NCBI GenBank assembly: GCA_041690395.1
Contig: JAWLHJ010000001.1
Location: forward strand, 256,001-320,000
Source: Longimicrobiales bacterium
GTDB lineage: Bacteria > Gemmatimonadota > Gemmatimonadetes > Longimicrobiales > Gaopeijiaceae
Direction of reading: 5' to 3'
DNA length: 64,000 nt
A program made the translations under genes and the position numbers. The first letter of the stretch is position 1. Every line of letters begins with the position of its first letter. Of the stretch, positions 29,083 to 38,280 are shown in pieces. Below the pieces are notes generated by a model that saw nothing but the letters and a program-made list of their open reading frames with translations, was not told the origin of the DNA and searched no databases.

Positions 29083-30846
29083 TCAGCCCACCGGTGCCGT
29101 GGGCCTGATGCACCAGGGGCAGTAGCGCCACCCCGCCTCCAGCCGCTCGCCGCACGAGCAGATGCGAGCCGTGCGGGAGCCACACCGGGGACACGCGAGC
29201 GCCCCGACCGGCACCGCGCCGTCGCACGACGGGCAGGGCAGGGTCGCGCCCGCGGCGGCGTGGATCAGCCGCGTGATCTCGTGCGGCGTGGTGAGCCCCG
29301 AAGCCACCGCGCGGCGTGCGTCCGTGTCCATTCCGACCATGCCGGCCTCCCGTGCGAGGCGCCGAATCTTCGCCGATGATCCGCCGCGTGAGATCTCGTC
29401 CCGCAGCGCGTCGGTGATCGCGAGCACCTGGTAGACGCCGGTCCGGCCGATGTAGCCATTGCCGCACTCCTCGCACCCGCGAGCCCGGCAACGAGCGCAG
29501 GCCCGCCGGACCAGCCGTTGGGCCACCACGCCGGCGAGCCCGCCCGCGACCAGGAACGGCGGAACGCCCATGTCGAGGAGGCGGGTGACCGCGGCGGCTG
29601 CGTCCGTCGTATGGATCGTGGACAGCACGAGATGACCCGTCACCGCGGCAGTCATCGCGATCTCGGCCGTCTCGCGGTCCCGGATCTCGCCGACCATGAC
29701 GACGTCCGGGTCCTGCCGCAGCACCGCCCGGAGCGCCTCGGGAAAGCCGAGCCCGGCCGGCCGATCGACCTGGATCTGGCTCGCCCCGGGCAGCCGGTAC
29801 TCGACCGGGTCCTCGAGCGTCACCACGTTGCGCGTATCGCGGTCGATCTCCGACAGGGCGGCGAAGAGGGTGGTGCTCTTGCCGCTGCCCGTCGGCCCCG
29901 CGGCGAGGATGACCCCCTCGCCGCGCGTCACCAGCCTCCGGACCTGTTGGAGGTCGCTCCGCCTCATCCCCAGCTCCTCGAGGCTGCACGGCGCCGACTC
30001 GGAGTCGAGGATCCTCACGACGGCCTTCTCACCTCCGTTCACCGGGAGCGTGCTCACCCGCAAGGTCAGTCGTCGCCCTCCGTGCGTCATGGCGATCCGC
30101 CCGTCCTGGGCACGCCGTCGCACCGAGATGTCCATGCCGCCCAATACCTTGACCCGTGACAGGACCGCCCGTCGGGCGGCCGACGGCAGATCGAGCGCAC
30201 GTTCCAGGATCCCATCGACCCGGAAGCGGACGCGTACGTCCTCTCCGGTCTCCTCCACGTGGATGTCGCTCGCTCGCCGGTCCACGGCCGTGCGGAGAAT
30301 CCGGTCGACGAGGCGGACCACGGGCGCCGCCCGCGTCGCCCGCTCGAGCTCCTGGTCCGGCAGGGTGGAGGGTCCACGGAGCTCCTCCGGGAGCGACTCC
30401 ACCAGTGCCTCCAGATCACTCCCGTACGCCGCCTCGATCGCGTCGAGCACGGCATCGGGCGACGCGACGCTCGGACTCACGCGCCGCCCGGTCTGGAACT
30501 GCAGGTCGTCGATGGCCGCGAGATCGAGGGGGTCGGCCATGCAGACGCGGAGCGTTCGGGGCTCCACGTCGACGGGCACCACGCATCGGCCCCGCGCCAG
30601 AGCCGGGCGCACGATGCGCACGGCCTCGGGGTGGGGCACGATCGGCGGCGCCCGGTAGGGCAGGCCGAGCTGGGCGGCGAGCGCCCTCGCGACATCCTCG
30701 GCCGACACCAGACCGAGCCGCGTCAGGACCTCCCCGATCCGCTCGCTCCCGTGGCGTGCCTCCTGCAGCGCCGTGGAGAGCTGTGCCTCGCTCAGCTTGC
30801 CGTCCTCGACGAGGAGCCGTCCGAGCATCTTCGGTCGTGTCGCCAT
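29083..30846 (-). CDS. GspE/PilB family secretion ATPase with MshEN-like N-terminus and C-terminal zinc ribbons
   Basis: ASDIHVE, GPTGSGKSTT, EDPVEY, LRQDPDVVMVGEIRD, TGHLVLSTIH; C-terminal CPSC/CPRC/CSC/CPWC. Confidence 0.93.
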   Translation of the reverse strand: MATRPKMLGRLLVEDGKLSEAQLSTALQEARHGSERIGEVLTRLGLVSAEDVARALAAQLGLPYRAPPIVPHPEAVRIVRPALARGRCVVPVDVEPRTLRVCMADPLDLAAIDDLQFQTGRRVSPSVASPDAVLDAIEAAYGSDLEALVESLPEELRGPSTLPDQELERATRAAPVVRLVDRILRTAVDRRASDIHVEETGEDVRVRFRVDGILERALDLPSAARRAVLSRVKVLGGMDISVRRRAQDGRIAMTHGGRRLTLRVSTLPVNGGEKAVVRILDSESAPCSLEELGMRRSDLQQVRRLVTRGEGVILAAGPTGSGKSTTLFAALSEIDRDTRNVVTLEDPVEYRLPGASQIQVDRPAGLGFPEALRAVLRQDPDVVMVGEIRDRETAEIAMTAAVTGHLVLSTIHTTDAAAAVTRLLDMGVPPFLVAGGLAGVVAQRLVRRACARCRARGCEECGNGYIGRTGVYQVLAITDALRDEISRGGSSAKIRRLAREAGMVGMDTDARRAVASGLTTPHEITRLIHAAAGATLPCPSCDGAVPVGALACPRCGSRTARICSCGERLEAGWRYCPWCIRPTAPVG

Positions 30847-30937
30847 GGCGCACGATCGCTCCGGGGCAGGGGCGACGGCATGCCGGAATCGGACGCCGCT
30901 CCCGGGTCGGGCCCACGTCGTCGGTCGGGCTCCGTCG

Positions 30938-31840
30938 TCAGTCGACTCCGAGCAGCTTCCGGATGAAGGGCGCGACGTCCCGCAGATCCCGCATCGCCGT
31001 GGCCTCGTCCGCCCCCGGGCCGGTCGCCAGTCCGAGCGCGGGGTTGCGGGTGTGGCCGGCTTCGACGTCCTCGATGTTGCCGTGGTCGCTCGTCACGAGT
31101 AGCAGGGTATCCGTAGAAAGCCGCTCCAGGAGCCCACCGAGGAAACGGTCGACGCGCTCGAGCGCGCGTACCGCGGGCTGCATGTCGCGCGTATGCCCCG
31201 CGGTGTCGGTGGCGTAGTGGGCGTAGAGCGTCAGGTCGTGGCGGCCGGTGATGGCCGCGAGGTTGTGGCCCGCCCGGGCCGCATCGATCTCGGGTACCCC
31301 CTGATGGCCCAGCACGCGTCGCCAGCCTTCGTTCACGATCTCGCTCGACACGGCTTCACCCCGCTCGAGCGCTTCCTCGTGCCGGTCGAGCACGCCGGCT
31401 CCGCGTGCCGCCAACGGAGGCCCCGCGATCCGGCGGCTCCCGCCCGGCCCCGGCCACCCGCGGGGGTACGCGTTGGCGAACGCCACCGATCGGCCCGCCG
31501 CAGCCACGCTCCGCAGGACGCTCTGCTCCTCGACGAGCGGACGTAGCCGGACCGGAATCCAGGGGCCGAAGTGGCCACCGAAGAGGGCCCCGGCGTCGAG
31601 ACCGGTCAGCAGCGCCGTCTGGCCCGTGCCGCTCTGTGGTGTTCCGTCGACTCCGAGCGTGGCATCGAGGGGGAAGAAGCCCGGGCCGGCATCCGTGCCG
31701 GCGAGACGATCGAGGGAGGGCGGGTCACCGCCCGCGAGACGCTCGATGGCGGGCAGCCGTGTCCGGAAGAACGGATTCCGCTCGGGATCGGCCGGGCCGA
31801 TGCCCACCCCGTCGAGGAAGACGAGGAGTACGTGGGCGGG
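30938..31840 (-). CDS. Alkaline-phosphatase superfamily metalloenzyme (iPGM/phosphopentomutase-like); start codon unresolved
   Basis: HVLLVFLDGVGIG (upstream of the track's start), PQSGTGQ, TDTAGH, TSDHGN, HTRNP. Confidence 0.8.
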   Translation of the reverse strand, partial: PAHVLLVFLDGVGIGPADPERNPFFRTRLPAIERLAGGDPPSLDRLAGTDAGPGFFPLDATLGVDGTPQSGTGQTALLTGLDAGALFGGHFGPWIPVRLRPLVEEQSVLRSVAAAGRSVAFANAYPRGWPGPGGSRRIAGPPLAARGAGVLDRHEEALERGEAVSSEIVNEGWRRVLGHQGVPEIDAARAGHNLAAITGRHDLTLYAHYATDTAGHTRDMQPAVRALERVDRFLGGLLERLSTDTLLLVTSDHGNIEDVEAGHTRNPALGLATGPGADEATAMRDLRDVAPFIRKLLGVD

Positions 31841-31843
31841 ACT

Positions 31844-31884
31844 AGCAGGTCGCGCGGGGTACTCCCCTCTTTCAGCGACCTGCT
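31844..31884. repeat. Intergenic inverted repeat with nested hairpin
   Basis: AGCAGGTCGC (31844-31853) and GCGACCTGCT (31875-31884) enclosing GGGGTACTCCCC. Confidence 0.75.
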
Positions 31885-31917
31885 GAGAGCCGCGGACGCC
31901 CCCGGTGGCGACGGGTG

Positions 31918-32478
31918 TTACTCGCCCGGTCGCAGGTCCATGGTGACCTGCACCTGCACGTGGCCCATGTCCGCCCGGTCCCGCAGCGCATCACGAATGC
32001 GGGGCTCGAGCTTCTGATAGGCCGTGAGCACACCTTCCCGCAGCTCCTTCCGGAGCACCCTCAGGGCATTCACGTCGGCGCGGCTCGTCTTCGTTTCCTT
32101 CTTGGCCTCGGCGATGTGGTACGGCCGGATCTCGAAGGGGGTGACGCCCACGTCGTCGTAGCGCTCGTGGTCCATGTAGTGGACGGAGATGCTCACGTCG
32201 CCGCGCGCGTGGTGGTGATGGATGTCCCCGACGGCCTGGAAGCGCGAGGCGAGGCGGCCGAGCTCGGTGCGCTGCGCCGCCTTCGTGTAGGCCCGCTCGA
32301 TGGCTCCGAACACACGCTTCATGCGTTCCGTCGTCGTCGCGTCGACGTCGGGGATGTCGGTATCGAGCTCGCGACCGAGCGCCTGGCGGTCCACGCTGTA
32401 GCGGGCGCTCTCGGCGTCGCGGTTCCGAGAACGGTCGATGTTGTCGAGAATCCGGTCCGGATTGGTTCGATAGCTCAT
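31918..32478 (-). CDS. Hypothetical cytoplasmic protein, 186 aa
   Basis: Strong GC3 codon pattern, natural charged composition, TATTCT -10-like box 5 nt before ATG; no family recognised. Confidence 0.8.
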   Translation of the reverse strand: MSYRTNPDRILDNIDRSRNRDAESARYSVDRQALGRELDTDIPDVDATTTERMKRVFGAIERAYTKAAQRTELGRLASRFQAVGDIHHHHARGDVSISVHYMDHERYDDVGVTPFEIRPYHIAEAKKETKTSRADVNALRVLRKELREGVLTAYQKLEPRIRDALRDRADMGHVQVQVTMDLRPGE

Positions 32479-32611
32479 GTCTCAGAATACACGGTCGCCA
32501 TTCCCCGGCCAAGGGTGACGACGGGTTTCTCTTGCGGCCCGGACGGTCCGGTTGTTCTTTCCTGGGCTCGCGCGCCCGTCCCCCCACGCACCCCTGTGCT
32601 GGAGAGCTTGC

Positions 32612-34483
32612 TTGAGTCCCGCCCGAGGTAGGATCGCCGGATTGGTCGTGGCCGTCACATCGGTGGCCGCCGGCCTCTTCCACATGTATTCCGCCGGAGT
32701 GTCGCCGTTCACCGCGCTCGTCCAGCGGCCGGTCCACCTCGCGCTGATGGCCACGCTTGGTTTCCTCGGCGTGGGCGTTCAGAAGGTGGCGCGCGCGGAC
32801 GGTTCCGAGTCCGTGTTCACGCGGCTGAGCGGGGCACTGGGTTGGCTGTTGGCCGCGCTCACCGTGGCGTCGTGCGCGTATCTGGCGCTGGAGAACCAGC
32901 AGCTCGTCGCGCGCTCCGGCAACCCGACCACGCTCGACCTCGTGTGGGGAGGCCTGGCGATCGTGCTGGTCCTCGAGCTGGCCCGGCGCGCAACGGGATG
33001 GGGGCTGGTCACCATCTGCCTGTTGGCGCTGGCCTACGGCCTTTCGGGACCGTACCTGCCGGGCATTCTCGCTCACCGTGGATATCCGGTGACCCGGCTC
33101 ATCGAGCACATCTACCTCTCCACCGAGGGGATCTGGGGTGTTCCCCTCGGCGTTTCGGCCGACTTCGTCTACCTCTTCGTGTTGTTCGGCGCCGTGCTCG
33201 ACGTAGCCGGCGGGGGCGCCCTGCTCATCGCCCTGGCCAACAAGGTCGCCGGGCGCACCCGGGGCGGACCCGCCAAGACCGCGGCGGTGGCGAGCGCCCT
33301 CATGGGGTCGCTGTCGGGGAGCGCCGTCGCCAACGTGGTGACCACGGGCACCTTCACGATCCCCCTCATGAAGCGGGCCGGCTTCCGGCCGTTCTTCGCG
33401 GCGGCCATCGAGTCGGCGGCCAGCACCGGCGGGCAGCTCATGCCGCCCGTCATGGGCGCGGGCGCGTTCATTCTGGCGACGTGGACGAACATCGCGTACC
33501 TCGACGTGGCGCTCGCGGCGACGATCCCCGCGCTGCTCTACTACGTGGCGCTGCTCGCGGCCATCCACTTCCGCGCCGGGCGCATGGGCATCGAGGGGGA
33601 CAAGGAGCTCAACACGGAGCCCGTGATGAACCGGCTCCACCTGCTGCTTCCGCTCGCGATCATCGTCCTGCTGCTGGGCATGGGTCGCTCGCCGATGCGC
33701 GCGGCCTTCTGGGGCGTGGCGTCGGCGTTCATCATGGCGCTGCTGCGACCCGAGACCCGCCCGTCGCGTACACAGATGGTCGAGATCATGGAGCGGGCCG
33801 GCACCGGCGCCGTCCAGGTCGCGGCGGCCTGCGCCGCGGCCGGTATCGTGGTCGGCGTCGCCTCGCTCACCGGCATCGGGCTTCGCATGTCGGAGCTGAT
33901 CATCACCCTCTCGGGCGGGAACCTCCTGCCGGCGCTCGTGCTCACCGCCCTCGGATCGATCGTCCTGGGCATGGGGCTGCCGACCACCGCAGCGTACGTG
34001 GTGCTCGCGGCGCTCGGCGCACCCGCGCTGGTGCAACTCGGCGTGCCGCTGCTGGCGGCCCACATGTTCATCTTCTACTTCGGGTGTATCTCGAACGTCA
34101 CGCCGCCGGTGTCGCTGGCGGCCTTCGCGGGCGCCGGCATCGCGGGCGCGCCACCCATGCGAACGGCCGTCGCGGCGGCCATGCTCGCGGGCGCGGGCTT
34201 CCTCGTTCCGTTCATGTTCGTCTACGGGCCCGAGCTGCTTCTCATCGGCGAGCCGCTCGCCATCGCGAGCGCGGCGATCACCGGCTCCATCGGGGTGATC
34301 TCCCTCGCGGCGGGGGCCATGGGATACGCCCGCCGCCGTCTCGCCGGCTGGGAGCGCGCGATCGCGATCGCCGCGGCCCTAGTGCTCGTGTATCCGGGCT
34401 GGACGAGCGATGTGATAGGTTTGGTGCTGGTGACGTACATCTTCATGAAGTCCGAACAAGTGGTCCCTGCGGAGGCGATATGA
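32612..34483 (+). CDS. TRAP transporter fused 4TM/12TM permease (TAXI type)
   Basis: RGGPAK, SGSAVANVVTTG, ASTGGQLMPPVMGAGAF, GMGLPTTAAY, TPPV; probable TTG start after GGAGA. Confidence 0.93.
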   Translation: MSPARGRIAGLVVAVTSVAAGLFHMYSAGVSPFTALVQRPVHLALMATLGFLGVGVQKVARADGSESVFTRLSGALGWLLAALTVASCAYLALENQQLVARSGNPTTLDLVWGGLAIVLVLELARRATGWGLVTICLLALAYGLSGPYLPGILAHRGYPVTRLIEHIYLSTEGIWGVPLGVSADFVYLFVLFGAVLDVAGGGALLIALANKVAGRTRGGPAKTAAVASALMGSLSGSAVANVVTTGTFTIPLMKRAGFRPFFAAAIESAASTGGQLMPPVMGAGAFILATWTNIAYLDVALAATIPALLYYVALLAAIHFRAGRMGIEGDKELNTEPVMNRLHLLLPLAIIVLLLGMGRSPMRAAFWGVASAFIMALLRPETRPSRTQMVEIMERAGTGAVQVAAACAAAGIVVGVASLTGIGLRMSELIITLSGGNLLPALVLTALGSIVLGMGLPTTAAYVVLAALGAPALVQLGVPLLAAHMFIFYFGCISNVTPPVSLAAFAGAGIAGAPPMRTAVAAAMLAGAGFLVPFMFVYGPELLLIGEPLAIASAAITGSIGVISLAAGAMGYARRRLAGWERAIAIAAALVLVYPGWTSDVIGLVLVTYIFMKSEQVVPAEAI

Positions 34484-35418
34484 GGTTCGTGGCGATGAGA
34501 TGGGCTGCCCTTCTTGCCCTGGTTGTGATGGCGGCGTGCGACAGCGAGGGACGACAGCAGTTCCTGTCGCTGGGCACGGCCGGAACCGGCGGCGTCTACT
34601 ACCCGCTCGGCGGCGCGATCGCGAGCCGGCTTTCGGTCGCGGACTCGGCGCGGCAGTACACGGCCGAGGTCAGCGGCGGCTCCGAGGAGAACATCAATCG
34701 TCTCGCCCAGGGTCAGATGGACCTGGCGATGGCGATCGGCATGACCGCCTACCAGGCCTACAACGGCCAGGGGAGCTTCGGCCAGCAGGTGACCGGGCTG
34801 CGCACCGTTGCGCCGCTCTATCCGAACGTGACCCATATCCTGGTGCGGGGCGACCTTCCCGTGACCAGCGTCGCTGATTTCCGTGGCCGCACCATCTCGG
34901 TCGGCGCGGCCGGGAGCGGAACCGAGGCCCTGTCCCAGCACGTCCTCGCGGCCTACGGCCTGACCTACGACGACATCACGCCTCGCTATCTCTCGTTCGC
35001 AGAGTCGTCCTCGGCGCTGCAGGACGGGGCCATCGACGGCGCGATCATCTCCGTCGGATATCCGGCTGCCGCCGTCCTCGAGGCGACGACCACGTCGAAC
35101 ATCCGGCTGCTGGGCATCGAGAACGACGTCATGGAGGCGATGCTCGAGGAGCATCCCTACTACACGCGGGGGGAGATCCCGGGCGGAGCCTACCGGGGAC
35201 TGGAGGAGACGATCGAGACGGTCGCGGTCATGAACTGGATCGTGGCGATGGAGTCGTTGGACGGCGCAGTGGTGGAAATGGTTCTCAACGTTATGGAGAA
35301 CGACCGTGTCGCCTTAGAGGAAGTACACGACATGGCGAGGCAGATCGACCTGAACCTGATGGCTCGGCCTCCGATTCCGCTCCACCCTGCCGCAGAGGCG
35401 TGGTTCTCCAACCGATGA
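34480..35418 (+). CDS. TAXI family TRAP solute-binding lipoprotein
   Basis: ATGA overlap, lipobox MAAC, GTAGTGGVYYPLGG, LYP, GAAGSGTE, PLHPAA. Confidence 0.92.
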   Translation: MRFVAMRWAALLALVVMAACDSEGRQQFLSLGTAGTGGVYYPLGGAIASRLSVADSARQYTAEVSGGSEENINRLAQGQMDLAMAIGMTAYQAYNGQGSFGQQVTGLRTVAPLYPNVTHILVRGDLPVTSVADFRGRTISVGAAGSGTEALSQHVLAAYGLTYDDITPRYLSFAESSSALQDGAIDGAIISVGYPAAAVLEATTTSNIRLLGIENDVMEAMLEEHPYYTRGEIPGGAYRGLEETIETVAVMNWIVAMESLDGAVVEMVLNVMENDRVALEEVHDMARQIDLNLMARPPIPLHPAAEAWFSNR

Positions 35419-35454
35419 GGTAGGGGGCCGGTCGGCTCGGCCAGTGAGCAAAAA

Positions 35455-38259
35455 ATGAAGTCTTTGAACATCTTCGCGCGGCGGGCAGCCTTTGGGGTGC
35501 TCGCCGCTCTGATTCTCCCGGTGAGCCCGCTCGGGGTCGCCGCCCAGGACAGCGACCAGGAGTCCGCGCTCGCGCCCACCGACGTCTCCCTGGAGTCGTC
35601 GCGGTCGGCTGTGAGGCATCCGTCGCCGCGATCGGCCGCCGACGCGCTGGACGCGTTCGCGCCGATTCCGGACGACATGCGACTCGACGGCATTCTGGAC
35701 GAGCCGATCTGGGAGACCGCCCGGGTCTTCACCGGATTCACCCAGGAGCAGCCGGTCGAGGGAGTTCCGGCCGAGCACGACACCGAGGTCAGGGTCGTCT
35801 TCGGTGACGGGGCGGTCTGGGTTGCCGCCCGGCTCTGGGATCCGGAGCCGGAGCGGATCGTGGCGCGGCTCGACCGACGCGACTCCCGCGGCCAGTCGGA
35901 CAGCTTCAGCATGCATCTCGACCCCAACCTGGATGGGCTAACGGGATACATGTTCGGGTTGAGCGCCGCGAACGTGCAGCGCGACATGTACATGTATGGC
36001 GACGACCAGCTCGACGGCGCCTGGGATGCCGTCTGGTCGTCGGCGGTGAACATCGACGAGCACGGGTGGACGCTGGAGATGCGGATTCCGCTCTCCCAGA
36101 TCCGCTACGAGGCCTCGGACGAGCCGCAGACCTGGGGCATCAACTTCTTCCGCGAGCGGACGTCGTCCGCCGAGCGGAGCTACTACTCCCTGGTGTCTCG
36201 GCTTCGGCGTGGGCGGGTGAGCCAGATGGGGCGGATGGAGGGTGTTCGCGTCACCCGACCGTCCAGGCGCTTCGAGGTGCTTCCCTATGTCGTGACCAGC
36301 CACCACCGCGGCCCTGCCGATCCGGGGAACCCGTTCTTCTCCGGAACCACCACGTCCGGCCGCGTCGGTATGGATCTGAGCTACGGTCTCGGCGCCGCCT
36401 TCACCCTGGACGCGACGATCAATCCCGACTTCGGGCAGGTCGAAGCGGATCCGGCCGTGATCAACCTCTCCGCGTTCGAGACCTTCTACGATGAGCAGCG
36501 CCCGTTCTTCGTGGAAGACGCCCGCATCTTCGACTTCGGGCTGTCGGGTGGGCGCAACCAGCTCTTCTACAGCCGCCGCGTGGGGCGCGCGCCGAGTGGA
36601 AGCATCCCGGGTGACCCGCTCTTCACCGATGTCCCGGCGAACACCTCCATCCTGGGCGCCGCCAAGCTCGCGGGACGGACGTCCGGCGGACTCTCCGTGG
36701 GTGTGCTCGGTGCCGTGACCGGGTCCGAGGGCGGCCGGTCCGCGCTCGGAGACGGCACGACGGAAGAGTTCCTCGTCGAGCCGCGCGCCCAGTACGGGGT
36801 CGTGAGCCTCGCACAGGACTTCAACGGCGGCACGACGCAGGTCCGTGGGATGGGCACGGCGATGAGCAGGGAGCTTCCCGGGGACGGGTCGTTCGACTGG
36901 CTTCCGTCGAGCGCCTTCAACGGTGGGCTGCGCTTCGAGCACCAGTGGAGCGATCGCGCATGGGCGCTCTGGGGGTTCCTCGCCGGTAGCCACGTTCGGG
37001 GGGACGAGGAGGCCATCACGCGCGTCCAGCGGGCCAGCAACCACTACTTCCAGCGGCCCGATGCCACCCGGTTCGACCTCGATCCGACCGCACGGTCCAT
37101 CTCGGGCGCTGAGTGGCGTCTCCAGCTGGAGCGACGGTCGGGAGATTGGACGGGCGCGGTGTGGGCGGCCGAGGTCACCAAGGGCTTCGAGATCAACGAT
37201 GCAGGCTTCTCAGGGACCGCCGAGCGCATCGACGGTGGCTTCCGCATCGGGTACCGCGAGATCCAGCCCGGCAGCCTGTTCCGTAACTACAACGTCAACT
37301 TCAGCAACTACCACAACTGGAGCCACGAGGGGTTCGACGACACATGGTCGCTCGACTCCTGGAAGCGCGCCCGTACGGGCGGATCGTTCAACCTGCACGC
37401 GAACGGCGAGCTCCTGAACTACTGGAGCCTGCGGGGCAACGCGTCGTACAGCCCCGAACAGATGAGCCGCTCGCGCACGCGCGGCGGCCCGATGATGATC
37501 GTGCCGGCGTCGACGAGCTTCAGCGTGAATCTCGACAGCGATCAGCGGAAGCGGGTCAGCATCGGGACCAACCTCCAGGTCGGTGACGAGCTTCGGGGTG
37601 GCGGCGGCCGCTACGAGATCCGGGGCAACCTCCGGGTGCGGCCGTCGGACAACGTGGAGCTGTCCTTCAATCCGGGGTTCGAGAGCTCGCGGTCGAGCGA
37701 TCAATACGTGACCACGGCGGCGCTGGGCGACTTCTCCCCCACCTACGGCGACCGGTACCTCTTCGCCGACCTGGAGAGGCGCACATTTTCCATGGAATGG
37801 CGCATGAACTGGACGTTCGCGCCGGACCTGTCGCTCCAGGTGTTCGCCCAGCCCCTCCTGTCGTCCGGCGACTACGTCGGCTACAAGCAGCTCGAGCGGG
37901 CGGAGTCGTTCGACTTCGTCGACCTCGTGCCGGGGGCCGCGGAAGACCAGGGTGGCCAGGTGGTGTGCGCATCGTCGATCTGTCGCTCGGGCGATACCCA
38001 GTACGTGGACTTCGATGACGACGGCATCCCCGACCACTCGTTCACGGATCGGGACTTCAACTTCCGCTCCCTCCTCGGCAACGCCGTGCTCCGCTGGGAG
38101 TACCGGCCGGGTTCGACGTTGTTCTTCGTGTGGCAGCGGCAGCAGTCGCAACGAGTGGCGCTCGGCGATTTCGATCTCGCTCGAGACACCGACGCGCTCT
38201 TCGGGCTTCGCGCCGACAACCGCTTCATCGTGAAGATGAACTACTGGCTGGGTCTGTAG
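35455..38259 (+). CDS. DUF5916-type outer-membrane protein with N-terminal CBM9-like domain
   Basis: Signal peptide, LDGILDE..W, WDAVW.S, EMRIP, DATINPDFGQVEAD, EQRPFFVE, beta-barrel-type C-terminus. Confidence 0.85.
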   Translation: MKSLNIFARRAAFGVLAALILPVSPLGVAAQDSDQESALAPTDVSLESSRSAVRHPSPRSAADALDAFAPIPDDMRLDGILDEPIWETARVFTGFTQEQPVEGVPAEHDTEVRVVFGDGAVWVAARLWDPEPERIVARLDRRDSRGQSDSFSMHLDPNLDGLTGYMFGLSAANVQRDMYMYGDDQLDGAWDAVWSSAVNIDEHGWTLEMRIPLSQIRYEASDEPQTWGINFFRERTSSAERSYYSLVSRLRRGRVSQMGRMEGVRVTRPSRRFEVLPYVVTSHHRGPADPGNPFFSGTTTSGRVGMDLSYGLGAAFTLDATINPDFGQVEADPAVINLSAFETFYDEQRPFFVEDARIFDFGLSGGRNQLFYSRRVGRAPSGSIPGDPLFTDVPANTSILGAAKLAGRTSGGLSVGVLGAVTGSEGGRSALGDGTTEEFLVEPRAQYGVVSLAQDFNGGTTQVRGMGTAMSRELPGDGSFDWLPSSAFNGGLRFEHQWSDRAWALWGFLAGSHVRGDEEAITRVQRASNHYFQRPDATRFDLDPTARSISGAEWRLQLERRSGDWTGAVWAAEVTKGFEINDAGFSGTAERIDGGFRIGYREIQPGSLFRNYNVNFSNYHNWSHEGFDDTWSLDSWKRARTGGSFNLHANGELLNYWSLRGNASYSPEQMSRSRTRGGPMMIVPASTSFSVNLDSDQRKRVSIGTNLQVGDELRGGGGRYEIRGNLRVRPSDNVELSFNPGFESSRSSDQYVTTAALGDFSPTYGDRYLFADLERRTFSMEWRMNWTFAPDLSLQVFAQPLLSSGDYVGYKQLERAESFDFVDLVPGAAEDQGGQVVCASSICRSGDTQYVDFDDDGIPDHSFTDRDFNFRSLLGNAVLRWEYRPGSTLFFVWQRQQSQRVALGDFDLARDTDALFGLRADNRFIVKMNYWLGL

Positions 38260-38280
38260 CGACCTGGTCGGCGGCGGTCT

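Noticed and set aside
30254..30263. TCCACGTGGA palindrome resembling a parS core
   Set aside because: Flanks do not match, and it is explained by the conserved DIHVE codons of the ATPase.
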